Shown: one piece after another, positions 1 through 13,600 of the stretch | Position numbering within the stretch: position 1 is the first letter of the stretch | Layout of the letters: the number at the start of each line of letters is the position of its first letter | NCBI GenBank assembly: GCA_004431415.1 | Contig: QPMI01000517.1 | Coordinates: 124,001 to 188,000, forward strand | DNA: 64,000 nucleotides | Reading direction: 5' to 3' | DNA from: Cyanophora paradoxa CCMP329 | Taxonomy: Eukaryota; Plantae; Glaucophyta | Translations under genes and position numbers: made by a program | The notes under the pieces: generated by a model | What the model saw: only the letters and a program-made list of their open reading frames with translations | The model's database searches: none | Told to the model about the DNA's origin: nothing

Positions 1-1600
1 TTGGCTATCCATGAATAAGCCCCCCCTCAATCCACACAGGAGCCGATGTAACGGGGCCTTACACCGTCGTCGTACGGTTTGGCTATCCGTCCGGTCTCCC
101 CCGCTGCGCCGATGCCACGGGGCCACACGCCGTCGTCGAGCGGCCCGGCTCTCCGAGGATAGGCAACCCGCGCGTCGATCCCCCGGGGCCGCAAGGCTCA
201 CCGGGGTAAGATGCCCCCCTGCTGTTCGCTCTCCGCCGCGCGCGCCCTCCCGCCCGCCTGCACGCCGCCCGCCTCCCCATCTCGACCCTCTCATGCCACA
301 CCTTCCTCGCAGGAAACTGGGTCTCCGGCATGATGTCTCTACCCTTCTGTTCTCTTTTCTTTTCCTCGCCCTCCTCCCGCCGGCGGCCAGCCTCGCTCCG
401 GTCCTCGGACCCCTAACTGCACCCACCACCTGGGCTCTCCCCTCCACCCCTATCCTCGAGACCCGCGAGTCTCCTCTCTCTAGCTTCACAGGGGCTCTTA
501 TAACCTCTCTCCTTCTCTCCATAGCCCTCCTCCTTTTCGATCTCCCCCACGTGCCCCCCAGCCCCGCATCATCTCGGGGCCCGCACCGTAACCCAGACTC
601 CCGCCCATACCCCGCCCCATCCCCCTCCCCCCCCGCTCCACCCGGCCCTGGCTCAACCCGCCCCGCCGACGTGTCTGGCGCCACCTCTCCAAGGCCGCTC
701 GCCGCCGCCTGCGCCGTGCTCGTCCGCGCCGGCATCTCCAGACCACCCTCCCCCTCCCCCTACCGCTACCTGGGTACCCAGATCCCCTATTCCCCTACAC
801 GTCCCGCCCTACACCTCGGTCCCCCCGCCGCCGTCACTCCCGTCGCTTTCGTCGCTTTCTGACTCCCTCCCTCCCACCTCCCCCGGCCCCCGCCTCATCC
901 CCCGCCCCTCCGGATCCCACGACCTCTCTCTCTGCCCCTACAACCCAAACGCTTGCCCTACGCCCCTCCTCCTCCGCTCGCCAACGGACACGCACTGCCC
1001 GCCCGCCCCCCCCCCTCCCTATGCGCCCCTCTTTCTCCACGGCCCGCGCAAGCCGCAATTTCGCCGCCGCCGTTCTTCTTCGCTCTCACTGGTTGCCCGC
1101 CCTGCCACCTCCCCCCACGCTTCCGACCCGACCACCTCGCCCGCCCTTTCGGTCCGGCACTCGACTAACACGCACTATCCTCTTATCCCGCTGTCCCGAA
1201 CCCAGCGGCCATGGCCATGTACACTCCCCCGAACCCACCCCCACCCCTACTCCCCCCATGCCCCCAGCTCCTCGCACCCCCACCCTCCCCCGCCCTCTCC
1301 CCCGCCCTCCCCCCTCTCATCAGACGCCCCCTACAGCGCGGCCGCCCCATTATAACCTCCCCAACAACCTCACCTACCCATGCCTTCTCCTCCTCTTTCT
1401 TCTCAACCAAATCTTCTTTCCCTCCCGGTCTCCCCCTCGACCCCGCGCCCCCTACCCCACCTCTCCTTCCCCTGCCCCCCACCCTCCCCTCCCAGCCCCC
1501 CTCTCAGTCTGCCCCAACACGCCCCCAGTCCACGGGCCCGCCCTATCCTGGATGTCTCGAGCTCTCACCCTGACATCAACCCAGCCCCCCCCCCCCCTAG

Positions 1601-4600
1601 CCGCATCCCGCCCCCCCTGGTCGCACCTCCCGCCTCCCTTCTCCAACTTCCCTCCGCCTTTCTGCTCCCTCCCTGCCTATTTCTCCTCCTCCTATTGCAC
1701 CGCCTGACAACCCCCCTCTTCAACCCCACCCCTGCCCCACATGCTCTCCGGGATTTCCTTGCACAAGGACGCCACCGGTTCGGTTCGCCCCTCTCCTCAG
1801 CACGCACACCTCCCCTCCATACCTCCCGTTAGCAGCCCTTCTTCTCCATCTTTACCTCGCGTCCCCGGCCCTCCCCACTATTCTTCAAATCGGCGCCTCC
1901 GCCCGCTTCCTGCTTGGCTCCCTCCCACTCCTCCCTCTCTCTCTCCTCGGGGACCCCCCGCCCTACTCCCCCCCCGCGCCTCCCCCCACTCCACCAGACT
2001 CCCCCCACCAAACCCCCCTTGCGGCGGGGTGCCTCCTCTGCACCCTCATTCTCGCACGCCGCCGCTTCCCCTTCTCGCCCTCTAACCACGCCTTACTTAG
2101 TCTTCTCACCCTCCCCCTCCACCCCCCGCCCCCACCGCTCCCCCGATACTCCCCCATCCTCCCTCCCTACGCTAGCCTCCTCGCCGCTCTCGCCTGGGCT
2201 CAGCTTACTGCAGCCACCCTCAATTTCCCCCCTTTAGCATTCGAACTCCTCCTGACCACTCCGGCCTCCCTAGCGGCAGAATGGCACGTCCTTGTCTGCA
2301 CAACCTTCCACTTCCTAGTAGACCTCCGGCGAGCCCTGTACGAGGCAGCAGACCCGGGCGGAACTCCCCTCTCTCTCTCCCTCATCGCCACCGCCCCACT
2401 CATCCTTCTCCACTTCTCCCGGCCCGAGCCCATCGAATTTGTCAGTCTTATCACTGCGGCATCCCTCGCGGGTTTTGCGCTCCAATCTCTCCTCGATAGT
2501 ATCTCTCCCCGCGGCCCCCTCCTCCAAGCTCCGTACCCGAACGCCGTCCCCGTACCAGTGATTCGCTCCCTCCTCCTCCTTTCCCTATTTACACACACGG
2601 AGACGCGCACGGCCACACCAAGCCCTCCTCCCGCCCGGCCCAGCGCCTCCGCCCTGGCTGTACTCGCGTTCACGCTCGTGCTCGCCGTCTTGTTGTGGAC
2701 CGTCTTAACAAAAATTTCCAGTCACTGTACCTCCCCCCTACCCTGGGGGGTACGCACACGCGGCAATCCCCGATTCTCACCTGCACAACTCACAACCCGG
2801 CCCCTGCATCTCGCCGCCATGGGCCGGAAAAGTGGCAAATCCCCAGCTGACCCCAATATTCCCGAGTCTGATCTGGGAACAGCCCCACCCGACCCAACGG
2901 ACTCCCTAGCGACCTCGCTCTCGACGGCCGCGACCCTCCCTTCCGGATCCCAAGGGCAGTCCGAGCCACCCCTTCCGTCAGCAACTCCCCTCCCAGCCGC
3001 CGAGGGCATCCCGGAGGAAACCACCCACCCTGCGATCTCGGCGGCCCGAACGCAATCAGAACAGCGTTTCGGTCCGGGCCCCACCTCTCTCATCCTCCCC
3101 ATTATCGCTTTCATCACTCACTGGACCACAGCGGCCGTCCAGCAGACAAAGAACAGTTTGTACGGAGCAGTGGCGATCCGGCGCCAGATCTTCTCCTCCC
3201 CCTCTGCTCTGCTGAAAGCCTCCCCGGAGAACACAGCCTCCGGCTGCCGACGCCCCCTCCCAGACCAAGCCCGTAACACCCTCGTCATCGTGGCTCCCTA
3301 CACCTCATTCATGCCGGCCATGCCGCCCGGCTTCCTGGCCCTCGCAGAAGGCAAACTGACAGCCGCAAACCAAGACTACGTCAAAGCAAACCGTGGCTAC
3401 GGCAACAATTTCCTTCGCGACCACCCGACTCACCCAGCACACGGCAAGCTCAACCTGAACGGCGCAATCCCCACTGTCTTCAGCGGCACTGAGCGGGATA
3501 GCCGCCGTACCTACGCGACTCAGGCAGTGGGATTCCTGGTCAGCAACAGCCCCGCCCTGACTCTTTTCCACCAGCTCCCAACCCCACTCCCCAGGTTGAT
3601 CCCATCGGCCACTGGACTCCTGAATTCCAGAACAAAGTACTCGACTGGGCGGCCCAAGACCTCGCCCTCCCGGACCGCAAAGGTGCTCGCGGCGCACTCC
3701 TCGACGACTACCGCGCCCTCCTGGAACCCCAAGCTGACCGCGAACTCTACGAATACGTCGTACGCACTTCTCCTAGCTGCACACCGCACTTGCGCTCACT
3801 CCCAGCCTATGCAGATCCGCCACGCGGCCCCCGGCGGGCCCCTACGCGCAGAAGACGGATCCGCGGTCACTACCACGCTCGCCGAAGTTCTGACGGACTT
3901 CCAACGGTACCTTTTCAACGTTCTCCAGGCAGGCGGCACAGCACCGGACGTCGCCGGCCGCGCCGCAATCAACGCCATGCAAGCCCTCACGTACAACAGC
4001 AAACTCGACGGTCATGAGGCCTTCGTCCTCGTGGATAGCAGCACGCACCGCACCCTGTGCGCGGCAGACCCCGCCAACCAGCTCCCTCCGGCCGAGGCGG
4101 TCATGGCCAGCGCCTTCTTCCCCTCCCTCCTCGGATGCGCTCTCTGCCTCCCGCGCGGCCTCCACTCCGACGATCACCTCCGCAGCGCCTCCTTCTCCCT
4201 GTTTATCCCGGGCTCCACCGCTCCCTCGTTTCAGGCGGTATCTTACATCACGCGCGCCCTCTATCTCCAGGGGATCACGGTCCTGGGCACGATCCACTCC
4301 TCGCTCCCCGCCGGTAACCCAACCCTCGTGGTCGTATGCGCGCTCGACTCCTACGCTTCGCTCCCCCTCCCGTCGCGCCGCCTCTCCTTCTCCGATGACG
4401 GCCTCGCACTCCAAGCTTTCTTCCGCACTTTCAACATCGTCCGCCTCTTTCCTTTTTCTCACCCCATTCCTCGGCGTAACGCTACCCTCAGGGAACTGAA
4501 GCTGCCCCGGTGCTGGTGGAAACCTATGAAATACTACTCACGCCTCCGGCCTCTGATCTCTCACTTGACCTCACCTACGGCGATTTCAACCTCGACCTCA

Positions 4601-7600
4601 CGGTCGCGCTCTCCAAGTGCTGCACTAAGTGCCGCACCGGGCCACACCCTACCGACTGGTTCCACGGGCCCATCACATGCCGGGTGCTCCCCACTCCTGC
4701 TGCCCCCACCCCCACCCGCGGCCCCTCACCTCCTCGTAGGCCAAACGCCAGCGCACTTCCGATGTAATCATGCTGGCGGCTCCCCCGACCCTTGCCTCCC
4801 CGCCTGTATCGTCGCCTTTGATCTCGCGCCGCAAGGCCCGCTTCTAGCACTCATGTACTGGCTGCTGCACGTCCGTAAAAGGTTACAGTCTCACTTTACA
4901 CCTCAGCCTGCCCGGCCCCCGCACCTGGCACATCCACTCCCACCCCTCACCCTCACTCCATTTGCACTTTCTGCACATGGCTCTGGGCGGAATAGCACAC
5001 CCATGCCCCAATTTCAAATTCATAATCGACAGACCCCACAGGCCCCGCGGCCCCTCCAGACAGCACTCGCCGCCTCCGCACCGAGCACATACTCTCACTC
5101 CAACAGCCCTTGCCAGCCGCCGTCCAGACCCCACTCGCCGCCTACCTCCCCCCCCCCGCACACATCGGCCCAGTGTGATCTGCAGGACACCGTCAGCCCC
5201 CCCAACGCCCGCCGCCGCGCTAGGGTCGGCGGACCTGAGCCCGGGGCGGGATCGCCGACGCACCCCTACGCGCCGCCCGCCCTGCCCCCGCCTACGCCGG
5301 CTCTGCACGCCCTACAAGACAGCCTCAGCCCCCCCGACGCCCGCCGCCGCACTACGACCGATGCCCGTCGCTATGCTCAGGCCAACGGACCTGATCCTGA
5401 AGCGCGAACGCCGCCGAGCCCCCACGCGCCGCCCGCCTCGCCCTCGCCCGCGACAGCTCCGCGCGACCTGCAAGAACCTATCAGCCCCCCCGCTGCCCGA
5501 CGAAATACTCAGGCTGCCGAACCTGGGCCTACAACGGCGCCACCACCCGACCCTCGCGCGCCGCCCGGTCGCCCCGCCGCCCGACACCATGCTAGGCCTG
5601 ACGGACCAGAGACTGAGACGCCGTCTCCGATAGCCTCTCCCACGCTGTCCGCCTCGCCTCCGCGGGCGACGGCTGCGCACGGCCGGCAGGAAATGCCGGG
5701 GCCCCGCGCGCCGCCCGTCTTCCTCCCGCCTGCACCGACTATCCCGCGGGACCCTACTACACCGGCTCTCTTGCCCGCACTCGCGCTGGAGCTCCGCGGC
5801 CTGCCGGCGGCTGCCCTACAAGATTCGATCCACTGCCCGGGGCTTAGCGCTTGGGCCGAGGAGCCCGCGCCAACTCCACAGGACTCATCCCAGGTACATC
5901 CCGCCGAATCCGGGCGCGATATGCAGCTGCTGCTGGACCCCAGTGTGCCGTCCGCCTCTCTCCTGCCCGCAACGCTATGCGACTCGCGCGCTGGCCCGGA
6001 ACGGCCGACGGCGCCGGACACCAGAATGACTACCATCGCATTCTGCACAGCGCTCATCCTACGACACCCGGCTTCCCCCCCCCCCATAGGGGTACATACC
6101 ACCTCAGCTCCGCCCAGCCCAACCATGAATCCGCTTGCCGCGGTTCACAACCTGATGGACCTCTCTCGGCAAACACTACGTAAGTGGCTCGACAGCACCC
6201 CCACTCACCGATCCCACTCGCCTGAAGCACCCGCAGAAGATATCCACCGAGAGCTCACACACGTCAACATCCCCGACGACCAGGCGGATGAAGACGAGCG
6301 GGACGAGAACGCTCAAGCCCTTTCCGCCCGTCTTCGCCAGCTGCTCACCGGACTAGGCGGCTCTCCGACAGTAGAAACTTACTCTGATACTCTCCCCAGC
6401 ATCATCGGGTGCAATCCTTGCTACAGCGTCGCTGGTGAAACAGTAGCGGAAGCCTCAGCCACCACCCAGCTCGCCAACCCGGTAGTAGTCGTTCTCAACT
6501 GTGAGCCAGCCGGCGATTACTCCAGCTCAGCTAGCACCCTCAGCTACGCATCGGCATCCCCGCACTCGCCATCCCCGGACCACATCCAGCGTACCACCCT
6601 CGAAGCGGCGGAAGACTGGCGAGCTCACGTAGGATCTGAGCTAGCACGACGCGGCATCTTCCTGGTGCCAGCCACACCCACTTTCTTCCACCTAGCGTGT
6701 ACTGGCCCTCTCGAATGCGGCCTGCAGTCCGAACGCTCCCTCCCCGCTTTCAGGGTCCGTCCCACTGCCAACCTCTTCACCCCCCCTATACTCATACCTC
6801 GCCAGCTCGATCCTCTCCTTCCTCCCGGCCCCGTAGCGCACGGGCGCCGGACCGCAACCGCCCAAATCCTGGCGGGACAACTGCGCAACCTCCTCCACGG
6901 CTACTGCGACCCGGACCGCACTTACGGCGTCCTCGCGGCCCACACGTCCGCACTCCTTCGGGGAGGCGACCCCGTTCTCATCCGCCTCGCTGCCTTAGGC
7001 CAAGTCCCTCTCACGGACCTTCTCTTGGGCGCCCTTATCCTTCTCATAGAAACCAATTCCCCCGATGCCTTCGAGACCTCCTCCCTCGACGCCTTTATCG
7101 AGGCCATCCTCTCCATCCGCCAATTTGGTATAACCTTCGACCCCGACCTCAACATCTCCGAACTCACCCTTTTCCTCCCCCCGAAAACCGCTACCTCCCT
7201 TCTTCTCTGCCTCCCTGACTTCCCCTTCATCCCCTCCACCCTCTGGGCAGCCATCACCCACTCCCGGACACCCTCCCGCCGCTCCTTACTGCTCCTCCAT
7301 CACCCGTTCCGCACTCACCACGACCGGGGCGACTTTGTTCTTCTTCTGGCCCGCTCTTCCGATCTCTTCCCCGACCCCCCCACCCACTCTAAACGAGAGC
7401 CCTTTCACGATAGGAAATTCCGCACCGAGAATTTTTCCGCCAAACTGGACGCTCTCCACAACCGCCTCTCCCCCTGCCCCCTCTTTGGACTTCTCGCCGA
7501 CCCCGAGTCCCTACCATACATTCTCCTTCTTTTCCCCAAGGCCGCGTACTCCATGCTCCCACCTCAAACTTCCCTCCCACTCACCACCTTCCCCACTCCC

Positions 7601-10600
7601 TTCCACTCCTGCGAATCCCACCTCCCCTCTCCGCACCCGTCCCATATCACGGCCCGCCCCCGCCTCCTGTCCAACCCTAAAGCAAAGGACGACTACGATG
7701 ACTTTCCGGGCACCCGCCTCTGGGAACTCTTCGGTAGCGAAGGCGACCAATACCTCCCGCTATCCCCCGGCCTCCTCGCCGCCATCATCTGCCCCCACTG
7801 CCTCGCCTCCGACTTCTTCTATCGGGATACCTCCTGGATCCACCCCGCTCACCGGTGCCCGGTACGCCGACATCACTCTCCCACTCGGTGCCGCCCCACG
7901 CTTACCCCCCCCGCAGGCGGCGTGACCCTCCTCCCCCCTCCTCCCTCCTCCCCCCCTCCCCCCCCTACCATCCCCTTCGACACCCCCGCCTGCTCCCCTC
8001 CCCGCGCCGACGTTTGCGCCGCGTTTATGAATACGACAAGTGGCCTCCCCTGCCTCACATACACACCCGGGCTACCCCCTCGAGCTCGAAGCCGCGATAG
8101 GGCTATCGCACCTGGGCCCGTACCGCGAACGTCATTGGGCCCCCGCACGGCGCCCGATTTACCCTTGCCCGCGTCAGCCCCGCTCGTACCGGCAGACCCC
8201 CGCGCGCCGCCCGCCCTGCCCCCGCCCGCGCCGGCCCCTCGCGACCTGCCGACAGACCTTAGCCTCCCCGACGCCCGCCGCCGCGCTCGGTCCAACGGAC
8301 CTGAGCCTGAAACGAGACCGCAGCCGAACCCCCGCGCGCCGCCCGCCTCTCCCCCGCCTCAGCCGTACCAGCGCGACGGACCAACGCCTGCAACGTTCCC
8401 ACCGTCGTGCGCGTCGCCCGCCTCATCCTCGCCCAAGCCGACCCCGCGCGACCGGCCGGAGGACCTTAGCCTCCCCGACGCCCACCGCCGCGCTCGGGCT
8501 GACAGACCTGAGCCTGCAGCAAGGTTGCCGCCGAGCTATCACGCGCTGCCCGCCTCGCTCCCACCCACGCCGACTTTGCGGGACCTGCCGGCAGACCTCA
8601 GCCCCCCCGGCGCCCGCCGCCGCGCTAGGGCTGACGGACCTGAGCCTAAGGCGAGACCCCTGCCGGCCTCCCACGCGTCGCCCGCCTCGCCCCCGCCCCA
8701 GCCGGACCCGCGCGACCTGCAGGGAGCTCTCAGCCTCCACGACGCCCGACGTCGGGCCGACGGACCAGCGCCCGAGGCGATACGCCTCCGAACGCCGCCC
8801 ACCTCACCCTCGCCCAAGCCGACCCCGCGCGACCGGCCGGCAGACCTTAACCCCCCCAACACCCGCCGCCACGCTCGGGCCGACGGACCTGAACCTGAAG
8901 CGAGACCGCCGCCGACCTCCCACGCTCCGCCCGCCTCGCCCCCGCCCCAGCCGGCCCAGCGCGACCGGCAGGAAGACCTCAGCCTCCCCGACGCCCGAAG
9001 CTGCGCCTGGGCCGACAGCTCCGAGCCTGCAACGAGACCACCGCCGAGCTCCCACGCTCAGCCTGCCTCGCCCCCGCCCACGCCGGCCCCGTGCGCCCTG
9101 CCGGACGCCCTCAGCCTCCCCGCGGCCCAACGCCGCGCTCGGGCTGACAGACCTGAGCCTGCAGCCAGCTCGCCTCCGAGCTCTCACGCACAGTCCGCCT
9201 CGCCCCCGTCCACTCTGACTTCGCGGCCCCCCCGCGACCTGCACTACACTGTCCGCCCCTCCGATGCCCGGCTCTGCGCCCATGCTGACGGACCTGGATT
9301 AGCCGCGAAACCGCCGACGGGCCCCAGCACGCCGCCCGTCCCGCCTCCGCTCCGGGCGCCGCACGATCTACAAGACGCTGTCAGCCTCTCCGCTGCCCGA
9401 CTCCGCGCTCGCGCTGACGGACCTGGATCTGCAGTGCAGCCGCCGCCGGGCCCCGGCGCGCCGCCCGCCCTGCCTCCGCTCGAGCCGGCGCCACCGGGCC
9501 CCTGCGCGCCTCCGGTTCCGCCCCCGCCCTCGCCGGCGCGGTGCGCCCTGCAGGACGCTGTCGGCTTCCCCGCTGCCCGGCGCCGCGCCCGCGCTGACGG
9601 ACCCGGACCCGACGTGCAGCCACCGCCGAGCCCCAGCGCGCCTCGCGCATCGCCTCCGCCCGCGCCGCGCGACCTGCAGAACACTGTCGGCCGCCCCGCT
9701 GCCCGGCGCCGCGTCCGCACTGACGGACCTGGACCTGAAGAGAAGCCGCCACCGAACCCCAGCGCGAACCGCGCCTCGCCTCCGCCCGCGCCGTGTGACC
9801 TGCAGGATGCTGTCGGCCGCCCCGCTGCCCGGCGCCGCGCCCACACTGACGGACCTGGACCTGAAGAGAAGCCGGCGACGGGCTCCAGCGCGAGCCAAGC
9901 CTCGCCCCCGCCCGCGCCGCGCGACCTGCAGGATGCTGTCGGCCGCCCTGCTCCCCGGCGCCGCGCCCGGGCCGAAGGACCTGAACCTGAAGAGAATCCG
10001 CCGACGGACCCCAGCGCGCCGCCTGTCTCGCCCCCGCCCGTCCCGTGCGACCTGCAGGACGCTGTCGGCCGCCCCACTGCCCGGCGCCGCGCCCGCACTG
10101 ATGGACCTGGACCCGACGAGAAACCGCCGCCGAGCCCCAACGCACCGCCTGGGTCGCCCCCGCCCGCGCCGCGCGACCTTCAGGACGCTGCCGGCCGCCC
10201 CGCTGCCCCGCGCCGCGCCCGCGCTGACGGACCTGGATTTGAAGAGAAGCTGCCGCAGAGCCCCAGCGCGCCTCGCCCCTCGCCTCCGCCCGCGCCGCGC
10301 GACCTGCAGGACGCCGCCGGCCGCCCAGCTGCCCGGCACAGCGCCCGCGCTGACGGACCTGGACCTAAAGTGAAGCCGCCGCCGGGCCCCAGCACGCCGC
10401 CCGTCTCGCCTCCGCCCGCGCCGGCGCCGCGCGACCTGCAGGACGCTGTCGGCTTCCCTGCTGCCCGGCGCCGCGCCCGCGCTGACGGACCTGGACCTAA
10501 AGTGAAGCCGCCGCCGGGCCCCAGCGCGCCTCGCGCATCGCCTCCGCCCGCGCCGCGCGACCTGCAGAACACTGTCGGCCGCCCCGCTGCCCGGCGCCGC

Positions 10601-13600
10601 GTCCGCACTGACGGACCTGGACCTGAAGAGAAGCCGCCACCGAACCCCAGCGCGAACCGCGCCTCGCCTCCGCCCGCGCCGTGTGACCTGCAGGATGCTG
10701 TCGGCCGCCCCGCTGCCCGGCGCCGCGCCCACACTGACGGACCTGGACCTGAAGAGAAGCCGGCGACGGGCTCCAGCGCGAGCCAAGCCTCGCCCCCGCC
10801 CGCGCCGCGCGACCTGCAGGATGCTGTCGGCCGCCCTGCTCCCCGGCGCCGCGCCCGGACTGACGGACCTGGACCTGAAGAGAACCCGCTGACGGGCCCC
10901 AGCGCGCCACCTGTCTCGTCTCCGCCCACCCCGCGCGACCTGCAGGGCGCTGTCGGCCGCCCCGCTGCCCGACGCCGCGCCCGGGCCGAAGGACCTGAAC
11001 CTGAAGAGAATCCGCCGACGGACCCCAGCGCGCCGCCTGTCTCGCCCCCGCCCGTCCCGTGCGACCTGCAGGACGCTGTCGGCCGCCCCACTGCCCGGCG
11101 CCGCGCCCGCACTGATGGACCTGGACCCGACGAGAAACCGCCGCCGAGCCCCAACGCACCGCCTGGGTCGCCCCCGCCCGCGCCGCGCGACCTTCAGGAC
11201 GCTGCCGGCCGCCCCGCTGCCCCGCGCCGCGCCCGCGCTGACGGACCTGGATTTGAAGAGAAGCTGCCGCAGAGCCCCAGCGCGCCTCGCCCCTCGCCTC
11301 CGCCCGCGCCGCGCGACCTGCAGGACGCCGCCGGCCGCCCAGCTGCCCGGCACAGCGCCCGCGCTGACGGACCTGGACCTAAAGTGAAGCCGCCGCCGGG
11401 CCCCAGCACGCCGCCCGTCTCGCCTCCGCCCGCGCCGGCGCCGCGCGACCTGCAGGACGCTGTCGGCTTCCCTGCTGCCCGGCGCCGCGCCCGCGCTGAC
11501 GGACCTGGACCTAAAGTGAAGCCGCCGCCGGGCCCCAGCGAGCCGCCCGTCTCGCCTCCGCCCGCGCCGGCGCTGCGCGACCTGCGGGATGCCGTCGGCC
11601 TCCCTGCTGCCCGGCGTCATGCCCGTGCTGACGGACCTGCGGCGCCGAGCGCCCTGCAGGACGCGGTCGACCTCCTTAAGGAACAGTCCGCCTCGCCTAA
11701 CTTGGCGCCCCTAACCACGCACCGGCCCCATCCTGCGAAGCCCCCGCCCTCAATTAATCGCGGATTCACCAACTCGCGGGCACTAGCTAAGCATCGGACC
11801 TACTCCCACCAACGCTCTGAAAATGCGCACGAAAGCACGTCTACCCCCGCCTGCCCGTACCCCCCCCTCGGCACCGCCGAACCCGCGATGGCGACGCCGT
11901 CGAACCCCATTCCTTCTCTCGGACAGCTCCCTCCGCAAGCGCTGGCGCTCCGAGCATGGATGCTTCCCGAACTTGGTCTGTACGCCGCCGCAACCGGTTC
12001 ATGCAAACCCGCACCTCACTATCTCTCCCACTCTATCGCAGCGCGCATCACGGGCCGTCTGTATCCTCTCCTTCCTAGTCGCCCCTGGAGCCCGACTACA
12101 AACACGCTCTCGGTCCCCCACTGGTCATCCTTCGAGGAATGGACGGCCTGCTACTTCACCATTTTCCATTCCTTCCACGCCAGCCCGGGCCCGATCAGCG
12201 CGGCTACGTGGGACTCCATCGCCGACTGCACCCGCTGTCGGTCGCTCCAGGCTCCCGCGACGAGCGCCACTTCACAGCTTCTCAACCCGGACATCTGCAT
12301 AGTCTCTGCACGCCCGTATCAAGCGACCCGCGCGCTCCGTGCCGGGGCCGAGGCGACGGCACAACGACTCCTCGAACTCGCATGTGGCAGCGGAGTGGAT
12401 TCCTTCGACAACCTTGACATTGACTTCGTACGCCCCCACAGCCACCATGGCCCGTGTTTCGGCCGCCGCCGCTCCCCCCGCGAGGCTGCGGAGACTAGCT
12501 CCTTCGTCCTCGAAGTACGCACTGCTCAGGCCTTCTTCCGCGCTGCTCTCCTACCACGCCCGCCTTTGCTCATGTGCTCTCTCCTCCGGCAGAACGCCAC
12601 GGCACTCACTGACGAACTGGAGGCGGGCGCCCGCCTGACACGCTGGGCCCGGGCGGCGAGCTCTCACCTCTTCAGCGACGACCTCTTCTGGGGCGACTTC
12701 GCCGACCCCGCCGATGTTCCTGAACCCGACATCGCCCTCCCTCTCTCCCCCCTTTCGGCCCTTCTCTCCAGCCCCGCTCACCCCTACGCCATAATCCGCC
12801 TTTATACCGTTGGAGAACCAGCCCCCATCGACGCGCTTGCCGGCTTGCTCCGGATTTTAGCCGACCGTCGTGCTCCCCTCGACCAGCCGCCCAGCCCTGG
12901 CTACCACACCATACTAGAAGAAGCTAGGACGGCGGCTTTCCTAGAACTACGACAATGGTCTGGCCGCTACCTCCCTGAACTGGGAGTTTCCGAAATCGCG
13001 GCCCTTGTCCCTCTTGAGACCGCCCGCTCCCTCTTCCATGCTTCTCTTCCTCTCTCATACCAGGCTACCAAGGCGGCGATCCTCGCGAGCTCCGCGGGTC
13101 AGCCGGCCCTCCTCCTCCACCACCCCCTCTCGACCCACATTGAACGCCACGACCTTATCTTCCTGGTCCTCCGCCTCTCTGACCTAGACCTCCCCGCCCC
13201 CGACCCCGAAACTCTTCGCCGCACTCTTCAAGCCCTCCTCGTCGGCCCCCCGGGCACCCTCGCTGCTCTCCGTCCCCTCGGCCTCCTCTGTACCTCGTCC
13301 CTGGCCATCCTCGCCGTCCCATCCATTCTCTACGACCAGCTCCCTCCTCCCGCGCCCTACGCAGACCACCCCCCGACCCCGATCACTGCTCTCCTCCGCC
13401 CCATCCCCCGCGCCGCCCCTTACTATCAGACTCCCAGCCCGTCTCTCGCCGCCTGGGAACTCTTCCGCAGCGACCGCCCCACCTATACCCCCCTCTCTCC
13501 CGCTGCTATCCAGCAGACAACGTGCCAACGCTGCGTTTCGACACCTGCTTTCCTCGCCAGCGCGGCCTGGCTCCACTCCACACGGCAGTGCCCGGTACGC

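Noticed and set aside
1-140. LTR or defined 5' terminus
   Set aside because: Only short imperfect repeats (ttggctatcc twice; gccgatg..ccgtcgtcg twice), with no counterpart at the 3' end and no visible target duplication.
11980-12041. Extra intron in G3
   Set aside because: The GTACGC donor at 11980 gives an early stop. The in-frame alternative at 11997 has a weak donor, so it was left out of the model.
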